This document shows positions 19,539 through 29,400 of a stretch of DNA of 64,000 bases, one piece after another. Where the stretch lies: positions 1 to 64,000 of the IMG/VR virus record IMGVR_UViG_3300033066_000709; one strand, written 5' to 3'. The notes under the pieces are model-generated. The model had not been told where the DNA came from, did not search any database, and saw only the letters and a program-made list of their open reading frames with translations. Source of the DNA: a virus. Lineage: Duplodnaviria > Caudoviricetes. Position numbers and translations under genes: made by a program. Numbering within the stretch: position 1 is the stretch's first letter; each line of letters starts with the position of its first letter.

Positions 19539-21449
19539 TTATTTATTTTTATTTATCATTTTTAATGAATTTGCAATATAATTTAAATGATTATCACTAT
19601 ACCCCAATGCTTTATTTTTCTCATTTTCGGTAATTAATTCAGCTTCATTTAACGGCTGAAATTCTAACTTCTCATTTAAAATATTTCTGGTTTGCCAAAA
19701 ATCAGAAATTGCATATTGATTATTCAAATTTATGTTTGTATATTTAGATTGTGCTATAATTCTTTCTTGTACATTTTTATCTAAACTTTCCCAAACAGGC
19801 TTATATTCGGATGGCATACCATTTAATAAAATAGTAACATACTCGTCATGATTTATAGGATTTAAAGCCTTTTCCCATATTTGAACGAATTCACCACCAC
19901 TTAAAGGTTTTTCTCTTTTAACAGCAGATATAACCTTTTCTTTTTGGCTCTCTGTTAAAAGTAAAAATTCTTTTTTCTTTGATTCAGTTAATAATCCAAA
20001 ATATGCATTATTTGCTTTTTGTGTAGCATCTATATTTTTTTGATTACTAATTGATTCTACTAATTTATCAATTTTAGATCCTATTGTTTTTGAATTATCA
20101 ATTAAAATATTAACATCATCTCTATTTTCATTTATTCCTAAATAACTTCCAGTATCTAAATCACCATTACTTCTATTTATTTCTTCAGATAAATAATTAG
20201 AATAATGTAAACCTGCATTTATTCTTTCAGTCATTAAATCAGTATAACCTATTAAAAGATTAACATTTTCTACAATTTCATCATTATGTTCTATTATATA
20301 TTTAACTTCTTCAGCAACACTTTCCGTATATTGTAAACCTTTATCTACCAATTCTGCCAAATATCTAGTATAACCGATATGTTTTTCATTTTCAATCAAA
20401 GAGTTATCTATTTGTTCTACTAAATAATCGCTAATATAAGATTCTAATTGGTTATGCTCATTTGCTTGGTGTTCTTGATAAGAAATACTTCTATCCAAAG
20501 CTTCACTTATATATTTTGTATATTCAATAGTTTTATTAGCTTCATTGGCAACATGTTCTGTATAACCTATTATAGTATCTAATTCTTCTGTTGATTTTAC
20601 AATTTTATTTGTTTCATTAGTAATATATTCTAAATATTTTTCCTGAATTTTTATTTTTTTACTCAATTCATAAAATTCTAGAATTTTATCATTTAATTTT
20701 TCATCATAAGAATTAAATTGTTCTGTAATATACGAGTGGAATTTTTCTAAATCTTCTTTTGATACAAACTTTTTATCTTCCATAATGGGATGATTATTTT
20801 CTATTATATTTTCTTTATTATTTTCTGTTTTTTTAACATTTGTACTCATATCAATAGAACTAATTATTCTATCTAATTCGCTCTCGCTCATATTCATATC
20901 AAAAATAGAAATGTCATCTGCATTATCATATCCTACACTTTCATTTATTCTTGTTAATGTAGCATTATCAAACCCAGGATCACCTACAAGATCATATGTG
21001 AAAACTTTTTTAATTTGTACAGTATTGTTTTCTCTAACAACGCCGGCTGCTCTGGATGATATAGATAATTGAACGCCATCATCAATTAAATTTTGTGCAA
21101 TTTTACCAGAAGGTGTAGATAACAATCTAATTCTACCTGTTATTGTACGATCTGCTTTATTGTAAACTAAACTTTCTATAATATGAGATGCTTTATCTAA
21201 TGATATATCAAATTTTTCTGGATGATCTAATTCCCCAACTAATCTACCTCTACTAATTTTTTTATTTAAATATTCAAGGTGTGGTAAAAATTCATCTTCT
21301 TCATAGACACGGTTATTTTTATTCATTACACCAAATGTTGTAAAAATTCCTTCTAAAATATAACCTTTTCCATTTTCATCCTTTTTAACGTCTAATTTAG
21401 TAGTAGCACGCTCTACTACCATGACTACATTTTTATTTTTATCTATCAT
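19539..21449 (-). CDS. gp21: Prohead protease (T4 gp21-like) fused to a scaffold-like coiled coil
   Basis: LEGIF, NKNNRVY, GELDHP, ISSRAAG, TYDLVGDPG; acidic helical C-terminal ~450 aa. Confidence 0.92.
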   Translation of the reverse strand: MIDKNKNVVMVVERATTKLDVKKDENGKGYILEGIFTTFGVMNKNNRVYEEDEFLPHLEYLNKKISRGRLVGELDHPEKFDISLDKASHIIESLVYNKADRTITGRIRLLSTPSGKIAQNLIDDGVQLSISSRAAGVVRENNTVQIKKVFTYDLVGDPGFDNATLTRINESVGYDNADDISIFDMNMSESELDRIISSIDMSTNVKKTENNKENIIENNHPIMEDKKFVSKEDLEKFHSYITEQFNSYDEKLNDKILEFYELSKKIKIQEKYLEYITNETNKIVKSTEELDTIIGYTEHVANEANKTIEYTKYISEALDRSISYQEHQANEHNQLESYISDYLVEQIDNSLIENEKHIGYTRYLAELVDKGLQYTESVAEEVKYIIEHNDEIVENVNLLIGYTDLMTERINAGLHYSNYLSEEINRSNGDLDTGSYLGINENRDDVNILIDNSKTIGSKIDKLVESISNQKNIDATQKANNAYFGLLTESKKKEFLLLTESQKEKVISAVKREKPLSGGEFVQIWEKALNPINHDEYVTILLNGMPSEYKPVWESLDKNVQERIIAQSKYTNINLNNQYAISDFWQTRNILNEKLEFQPLNEAELITENEKNKALGYSDNHLNYIANSLKMINKNK

Positions 21450-21563
21450 GATTAATATTGATAATTATTTTATTAATGTCGCAAAACTATATATTTTATT
21501 TTTTATATATTATTTATAAAAATGAAAATATAAATATATATATTGAAAAAATAAAAAAAAATT

Positions 21564-22013
21564 ATGCCTTTAATAGGAAGAGGTAATTCTCTAAATGGTG
21601 ATAACAATACATTGACATCTGATGGTGGTACAACAGATAATCCAATGTTTAAGATTAAATTACGTTCTTTAGATAGTGGGTACGAACAATCTAATGGTTC
21701 TAAAGAAGATACTAGAGAGGATAAAAAATTTTCTATTGGTGATATAGTTAGTGGTCAAATTTTAAATAAAAAAATAACTGCTGTTGGCAAAGTGATAAAT
21801 ATTAAAAAAAATGAACAGCAAAATATTTCATTTATAGAAATAATAGATTTTAAATCTAAAAATAAAATAAAATTAGATCCTAAAAGTTGTACAGTAGAAA
21901 ATAACAATGATAGGTATAATGGTAAAGATGGTGAACAAGGTCAACAAAAAGTTTCATATTCTGCCGAATCACTAAAACATCTGATAAGTTATGATGATTT
22001 TTATGGAATTTGA
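21564..22013 (+). CDS. Hypothetical protein (KOW/SH3-like core, C-terminal HLISYDDF motif)
   Basis: FSIGDIVSG...GKVINI; AATATATA at 21533-21540. Confidence 0.6.
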   Translation: MPLIGRGNSLNGDNNTLTSDGGTTDNPMFKIKLRSLDSGYEQSNGSKEDTREDKKFSIGDIVSGQILNKKITAVGKVINIKKNEQQNISFIEIIDFKSKNKIKLDPKSCTVENNNDRYNGKDGEQGQQKVSYSAESLKHLISYDDFYGI

Positions 22014-22360
22014 GTGTTTATATACTGTACATACCATGTTAAATCTCCAACTACATTTAATCCACCAACTATACTTTTTTCACCAGTATAATAAAATAGA
22101 TACATTTGACCAGGATAAATTGTAATATTTGTATTTGTTTGATATAGCCAATTATCGGGATTATCACTTATATTTGTTATATAATACATATCTCCATCTT
22201 TAAAACCTTTAGTATTAAAAGTTATAGCTTTTGTACCATCAATAGGATTTAAATATTGTCTAGGACAATCTTTAGATGATAAAATTTTATCAAATAAAAT
22301 AATTTCTCTATTTATACAATAGAAATAATCCTCTATAAATCCTCTTCGTATTTTTGCCAT
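22001..22360 (-). CDS. Hypothetical protein
   Basis: 119-aa ORF. Confidence 0.65.
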   Translation of the reverse strand: MAKIRRGFIEDYFYCINREIILFDKILSSKDCPRQYLNPIDGTKAITFNTKGFKDGDMYYITNISDNPDNWLYQTNTNITIYPGQMYLFYYTGEKSIVGGLNVVGDLTWYVQYINTQIP

Positions 22361-22375
22361 ATATTTATATTATTT

Positions 22376-22655
22376 TTAAACAAAATTAGCAACATTATTT
22401 GTTATTATATAATGTGATTTACATTCGAAGTAATTATTAGCTATAGATGGGGATAAAGATACTTTATCCCCATTTTTAATTAATGTCCATTGATTTTGGT
22501 ATAAAGGGGGTTACTGTTTGACCTTTACAACCACACAAACAAAGATGTATTACACATTTATATTTTTCTGAAATATAAAGTATACCATCTTCTAATTCTT
22601 CTGGTATAAACTCTACATATCTAGGCTCTACATTTACCTTTTTTAAAGTTTTCAT
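22376..22655 (-). pseudogene. DUF6527-like protein interrupted by a +1 frameshift
   Basis: Frame 0 reads MKTL...VEFIPEELEDGILYIS...HLCLCGC...VTP; the +1 frame continues LYQNQWTL...KVSLSPSIANNYFECKSHYIITNNVANFV*. Confidence 0.75.
22448..22477 (+). terminator. Putative + strand terminator inside the DUF6527-like coding region
   Basis: tggggataaag-ata-ctttatcccca followed by ttttt. Confidence 0.5.
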
Positions 22656-24736
22656 ATTATTTTTTCAATCATTTCTATAACTTGATCAGGTGTTATAGAT
22701 GTACTACATATATATTCCATTTTTCTTGGACAAGCTTCCCAACTTTTATCAAAATTTAAATTAACATCATTAAAGCAACCATGACAATGTTGAGTATTAA
22801 TTATTCTGAATGGATTATCATATTCAGCCCAAGATTCTGAAAACCCAGAAGGTACTATACATTTTTTATTCAAAGACCAAGCTATCCAATTAATTGCTGT
22901 CGATGGAGCAAGACAAAACTCTGCATGGTAAATAGTATTAATAGTATCTTCTATTGTTCTATCAGTCCTATCTATAACATTTTTTAAATTTGTTCTTTCT
23001 TTACTTACAATTATAACTTTATAACCTTTCGAATTTAAATAATCAACAACTGTTTGCCAACCTTTTGGGAACATCCAAAGTTTTGCCATTAATGTTGACC
23101 ATTCAGTTATAGCAACATATTTTTCTAGTATAGGTCTACCAATATTATTGACTACTATATTTGGTTTAATCGGTTCATAATCCAAACCTAATATATCACA
23201 TGCTATTTCTTGTAGAGTTAATCTTTTCCAATGTCTTTTATGTCGTTCAAACCTTATATTTTCATCTGCATCAAATATACCTAATCTATATGTTGCATCA
23301 TATTGTTTTAGTATATTATTATCATTTGTATATTCAATAAATTTTATTTCTGGATAATTTTTTTCAAACAATTGAATATGTGGTCCGCAATATGTTACTG
23401 TACAATTATGCTTTAACCTAAAAACTTCTAAGTATGGAAACCATGCAATTATATCACCCATTGCTGGACTTTCATTTACAATTAAAACATTTTTACCTAT
23501 TAAATTTAAAACATGTTCTTCACCATTAACTATTACTTTCCAATTTACAAACCATTTTCTTGATGGTGCATTCCATGTACCTGGTTTACATATATTTGAA
23601 TATATTAACCTATTTTCATCCATATCTATAAATTGAACATCATATGTTTTATCACTAATACCTTTTATGTGACACATGACGCCATCATTATATGTAATTT
23701 CAACATTATCTTTAATAGTATTTTCATTTTTAATAGCATTATCATATATGCTTATAAATTCATCTTTCATATTTTTTCTTTCTTCTATTACATTTAAATA
23801 TAAATTTTCCAATTGTTTAGTTATTTTCGACCAAGTAAAATTATAAATATCTTTTTGTGTATTATGTACATATTCAAAATAATTACCATTATGTATTATA
23901 TGATTAATACCACACGCTATATCTAATGGATAACCAACTCTAACTTTATATAAAGATTTTAATTCTAGAGAACTATCATATGTTCCAACTACCGGTAATC
24001 CAGTAGAAATAGCTTCTAGTAATGTTAAATTTGGGTGACCAGCTTCAAGTCTTGATGGATGCAAAAATAATGTATGCTCATGATATAAATCTATTAACTG
24101 TTTTTCGTTTAAATCATAAATAATATTCAAAAGTTTATATTCCAATAATTCTGGATTAGAATCAAAAAATTCTTTATTATTTTTAGTTGGACCTGCTATA
24201 GTTATAGGTAAACCTAATACAACGGCAGCTTCTATGGCTTCTCTGAAACCTTTTCTATCATATGAATTATCACCTATTATACCATTATTTGCAATACATA
24301 ATAATTTATGTTGCTTTACATCTAATTTTTTCTTAAATGTAAATAAATTAATATCAACACCATGTGGTAAATATACAACATTTGGTAAATTGCCAAATAA
24401 TTTTAACAAATGTTCAGCTGGAACAATACCAATCTCTGCAAATGATAATGCCATTTCATTTTCGCGTCGTACATTATCATGTAACATTACATGATGATCG
24501 TGACAGGTAAAAATATAAGGTATATTTCTAAGTTTCAGCATCATAGCTTGGTTCGCCATGTGGCAATGTACTATTTGATATACACCAGTATTAACTTCAT
24601 TTGGATATTTTATATCAACTTGATGTCCTAATTTTTCTAATTCTAATTTGGTATTAAAAATAATTCTTTCAATTGCTCCGTAATTTGAAGCTCTTGAAAT
24701 ATCATATACACCAGGAGTCACAATACAAATTATCAT
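22652..24736 (-). CDS. GT4 glycosyltransferase fused to a TibC/Aah-like (BAHT) heptosyltransferase-type domain
   Basis: YGAIERI, HGVD, DRKG, LLEAISTGLPVV; then SPAMGDIIAWFPY...CHGCFND...CP...C iron-finger-like motif. Confidence 0.75.
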   Translation of the reverse strand: MIICIVTPGVYDISRASNYGAIERIIFNTKLELEKLGHQVDIKYPNEVNTGVYQIVHCHMANQAMMLKLRNIPYIFTCHDHHVMLHDNVRRENEMALSFAEIGIVPAEHLLKLFGNLPNVVYLPHGVDINLFTFKKKLDVKQHKLLCIANNGIIGDNSYDRKGFREAIEAAVVLGLPITIAGPTKNNKEFFDSNPELLEYKLLNIIYDLNEKQLIDLYHEHTLFLHPSRLEAGHPNLTLLEAISTGLPVVGTYDSSLELKSLYKVRVGYPLDIACGINHIIHNGNYFEYVHNTQKDIYNFTWSKITKQLENLYLNVIEERKNMKDEFISIYDNAIKNENTIKDNVEITYNDGVMCHIKGISDKTYDVQFIDMDENRLIYSNICKPGTWNAPSRKWFVNWKVIVNGEEHVLNLIGKNVLIVNESPAMGDIIAWFPYLEVFRLKHNCTVTYCGPHIQLFEKNYPEIKFIEYTNDNNILKQYDATYRLGIFDADENIRFERHKRHWKRLTLQEIACDILGLDYEPIKPNIVVNNIGRPILEKYVAITEWSTLMAKLWMFPKGWQTVVDYLNSKGYKVIIVSKERTNLKNVIDRTDRTIEDTINTIYHAEFCLAPSTAINWIAWSLNKKCIVPSGFSESWAEYDNPFRIINTQHCHGCFNDVNLNFDKSWEACPRKMEYICSTSITPDQVIEMIEKII

Positions 24737-26430
24737 TCTTTACTTATTAAAATTGATGGGAAGGTTTTTGTGATAGTATTTCTTATACGAGCACTTTCTT
24801 GTTTATAATTAAAGGTATCATTTTTATCATGATACATAAAAATTTCACATTCTGTATCTATAGCAGAATTATCATCATTTAATACATATTCTTTTAATTG
24901 TTCTTCGATACTATCATTTTTGTCTATATAAAATTTTTCAATGATTTCATCAAGCATATAACTTATGCTATCACTTTCACCTATAAATGTTGAATATTTA
25001 TCTTTTGAGAAAAGAATTTTTTGATTCTTTTTGTATTCATTTTTATAAAATTTATCTAAAATTTCAATTTCTGTAGCATATTGTTCATAATCACCAGATA
25101 TAAACATTATAATACTATTATCTTTACAAAATTTATCTATATATTTTATAATTTTTCTAAATAATATTTCTAAATCTATATCTTTAAAGTCAATTATATG
25201 TAATGAATTTATTTTATCATCATATAATCTATTCATACATTGAAAAAAATAAGTGGTTTCATTGTAATCATTATAATCTTCATCTTCATTACTATATATA
25301 ATATAATATTCTAAAGTAGTAGTTTCTTTATATTCTGGTAATAATTTTAAATTATTTATTTTATTATGCAAAATATCTGATGACTTTTGCCAATCTGGAT
25401 GTTTCTGATAATCATTTAAATTCATACTATTCCATGTTATAGATTGTTTATTGAATTTTCTATAAAAATATAAATAGTTTGGTATAAAATATGATGTTTT
25501 GCCAGTTGCTCTAATACATTCTACTATTTCATGGTCATCAGTTAATGGCGTGTCTATTGTGTGAGTCCTTAGAGTATCCTCAATACATTTTCTAGTGTAA
25601 CATGTTGGATGGTATGCTGTATTATCAAACATACTACTATCTAATATTTTCATGTTATCGTGACCAAATATAAGATTATTGCCGATCAACATATCAGTTT
25701 CCTTGTGTTCATTAAAAAACGTATCTATTGTTTCTAATGCATTATTTGTTAAAAAATCATCAGCATCAACTACAACTATTATTTCACCATTAGTTTCAGT
25801 ATAAGAATATTCCCAAAAATTTAAAAATTCTGGTAATCTTTTATACATTATATTATTATCTTTTTTTCTCCATTCGTGTATTTTAGAATAAATGTCATCA
25901 GTTGATTTATTATCAAATATTATCCATTCAAAGTCTTTAAAACTTTGCATTTTTAAACTTTGGTGTAATCTTTCAATTTGATTACTCATATTTTTAATAC
26001 GAGTAACGACTGATATTTTTGGATAACGATGCATTTTTAATATACCATTTTCATGCAAATTATTGAATTCATTTTGACCAAAATGTAACATTCTTTTTTT
26101 AACTACTTCATCAAATTCATTAAATACTTTAATTAAAATGGTATAATTATCACCTTCTTTAAAATGAAATCTTTTTGTGAAATGAAAGAAATCTGTAATT
26201 GGTATATTATCTTCATATAAAACTTTACCATTATTTGTAATCAAAACAAATAATCGTCTATCATCAATTTTGTTAAAACTGGAAAACCAAATTAAAAAGT
26301 ATTCTGGAAATTTTTCAACTGGTAGTATAGTAATATATTCCAACATCGAAAATACATTTATAAAACTATTTGGGAATAATTTTTCTTCTGTTGTTTCTTC
26401 TGTTAATATTTGTTCAAGTACTTGTTTCAT
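24733..26430 (-). CDS. GT2 glycosyltransferase with a degenerate PLOD-like C-terminal domain; in frame with the upstream giant ORF
   Basis: PKISVVT...Q...FEWIIFDNKSTD...VVDADD; KILFS...DTECEIF. Confidence 0.75.
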   Translation of the reverse strand: MKQVLEQILTEETTEEKLFPNSFINVFSMLEYITILPVEKFPEYFLIWFSSFNKIDDRRLFVLITNNGKVLYEDNIPITDFFHFTKRFHFKEGDNYTILIKVFNEFDEVVKKRMLHFGQNEFNNLHENGILKMHRYPKISVVTRIKNMSNQIERLHQSLKMQSFKDFEWIIFDNKSTDDIYSKIHEWRKKDNNIMYKRLPEFLNFWEYSYTETNGEIIVVVDADDFLTNNALETIDTFFNEHKETDMLIGNNLIFGHDNMKILDSSMFDNTAYHPTCYTRKCIEDTLRTHTIDTPLTDDHEIVECIRATGKTSYFIPNYLYFYRKFNKQSITWNSMNLNDYQKHPDWQKSSDILHNKINNLKLLPEYKETTTLEYYIIYSNEDEDYNDYNETTYFFQCMNRLYDDKINSLHIIDFKDIDLEILFRKIIKYIDKFCKDNSIIMFISGDYEQYATEIEILDKFYKNEYKKNQKILFSKDKYSTFIGESDSISYMLDEIIEKFYIDKNDSIEEQLKEYVLNDDNSAIDTECEIFMYHDKNDTFNYKQESARIRNTITKTFPSILISKE

Positions 26431-26433
26431 AAT

Positions 26434-29400
26434 TTATCTAGATAATATGTTAAAATATACGTTTTCTAAACAGTTTGTTTCAGAACCATATTTTTTAATA
26501 ATGTCATTGTATTCTGTTTCATCTTTAAAATATTGAAAATGTTCTAAATAAAAATCAACTTCTGTTATAAAAAATATTGTTTTTAATGTCCATCCTTCAT
26601 TCTCTACTGTATTCATAAAATATGATTTTTTACCAGACTCTCTTAATTGTTTTAATTTATCATCAAAAACATGATAATCTTTTTCTGTAAAAATTAAATC
26701 AAAATTTGTAACTATTGCATATTTATATCCAAGTTCTTTAGCTTTTTTAATACCTGAATACATATTATTATGACAAGCTATTGCATGGTTAGTGTCATTA
26801 TCAAACTTGTGTAAATTTAATTCTACATGATAATCTTCAGTATTAAACCATGTTCTATTATAGAAATCATGCTTAATCATAGGATTATTTTCATCATAAA
26901 CATGGTAGTCTACATTATTTTTAAGTGTATCTGATATTTCACAATGTGTACCTAGTATAACTTTTCTACCAGTAGCCTTTAAAGATTGTACACATTTAAT
27001 AGTAGTATCTTCTGTAGCTCTATAATTAGGATGTGAAGTTACAACACATATTGTATCTTTTTTATCTTTCCAAACAGATTCATCTGGAAAATATGTGTAG
27101 AAATCCCAAGTATCTTTTTGAACGTCTGTATAGAAGTTGTACCATGAATGTGGATTTTTAGTTATCCATGTTTCTAAATGCATTGGCCATTCTTCTATAT
27201 CATTCAAATTTAAATCTGGTAAATTCTTTATATAATTTGAATGTGACCACCAAAAATTACCAGCATACATTCTAGATTCACCATATTTTTCAAACCACAT
27301 ATTGATATATAAACAACCAACTGTATCATATGTTTTTAATTGTTCTATGCAATCTTTCCATTTTTCAATGTTGAAATATTCTAAATAATTTCTCCATTTT
27401 TTAACAGTTTCTTTATTGTGTTTTTCTAAATTACCAGAAAAAACACCCTTCATATGGAAATATAATATATCAACATCTTCATTTATTTTATTACTAAATT
27501 GTTTAATAAACATTAATGTATGATATTCTCTATCATTTTTTTCATGTTTTACTATTTCTACTTTATTTAAATAATCATATAATAACATTTTCTCTATGAA
27601 ATCGTTAAAATCTTTATATGATTCGGAATAAACAGAATAATATAATTTAGTAGCTTTATCATATAAACCAGATGTCAAAAGTTTTATAAATTGTTCATCT
27701 AAAATACTTAACCAATCATTAACTAAATAATTGTGTGAAAATATATAAATTGGTTTTTCTACACTAATAATATTGACATTTTTAGCCCAACTAGAATCAG
27801 AATATATCTTAATATCATCTAAACCTATAGTATCATTTATAGCACGTTTAACGTTTTCATTATTATAATCATGTCCACTAATTATACCATTATTTTTTAT
27901 TTTTGGTAACCAATTAGTTATATCATCTTTTACATCATTGTATTTATGAGAAGCATCAATATAAATTAAATCAAAATATTTATCTTTAAAATAATTTACA
28001 GCATCATTGCTATATCTTTTTAATTTAGTAATATTAGTTTTATCTTTAATCATTAAATCAAACAGTTTTTCACCATTAGAAATTTCATCAGAATTCATTT
28101 CACCATATTCGATCCAAGGGTCTATACATATTACATGTTTACAGTAATTTGAAAAAAGTTCGGATGAAACTCCTGCATATGAACCAATTTCGGCCATTAT
28201 ATAATCAGGTTTAATAAAATCTTTACACAAATCATCTAAACCATACAATACATTTGTACCATTAACTTCATCAAACCATGGTATTCTCTTTTTATTCAAT
28301 AAGTTATCTTTATCAACTTTTACTAACCAACTTGAATCTTGGTATACTCTTATATTTTTTTCACCTAATATTTTATCAACAGCTTTCTTGACTTGTTCTT
28401 TATAATCATGACCACATATGATACCACCATTTTTTATTTTTGGTAAATAATTATTTATATCATCTATAACACATTCATAATCATGACAACCATCTATATA
28501 AACTAAATCTAATGATGAATCTTCAAACATACTTACCGCATAACCACTTGTATGTTTAACTTTAATTATATTATCATACATTGAACTAGTTTTATCAAAT
28601 TCACTTTCTGCTCTAAACGAATTTATGTCCTCTTTACCTTTATATTCCCAAGGATCTATACAATATATTGTTTTACAATGCAGTGCAAATAATTCTGATG
28701 AAACGCCCGCATATGAACCAATTTCAGCCATTACACTATTTTTATTTAAAAATTCATCAGCAATTTCCTTTAAACCCAATAATGTATCAAAATCATTTGT
28801 TATAGGAGTATCTAAATAATCCAACAACATTCTTCTTCTTTTTAGTAAATGATTTAAACGACCAGCTTTAGTTAAAATACCTATACCACCAAATTGTTCA
28901 TATTTCTCACATTGAGATTTTAATATATTATTATAAATATTAATATCAGTTATTTCATTTCTATCAGTACTTATTATTTCATGAGTATTATATTTATTTT
29001 TCAATTCATCCCATAATTCTGGTACACCACAATTCATATTTGTGTGCCATTCTGAATGGATGATATCGTGGAATAATATTATACCTGTGGGTGATAGAAA
29101 TTGATTATATAATTCTAAATCTTTTTTAACACCTTCATATGAATGATCACCATCAATAAATATTAAATCGAATTTTTTATCTAATAATTTGATTACTTCT
29201 ATAGTTTCAGAATCTTTAGAATCAGCAGTAATTATAGTTAAATTTTGGTTTACTTGTTCTAAAAAATCTATATTTGGTTGTCGTTCTATATCAATAGAAA
29301 TTACATTTTCAAATATTTGACATAAACTATGTGTTGTACCACCATTATATCTACCTATTTCTAATGCATTATCAGTTTTTATATCATTATTTAAAATGTA

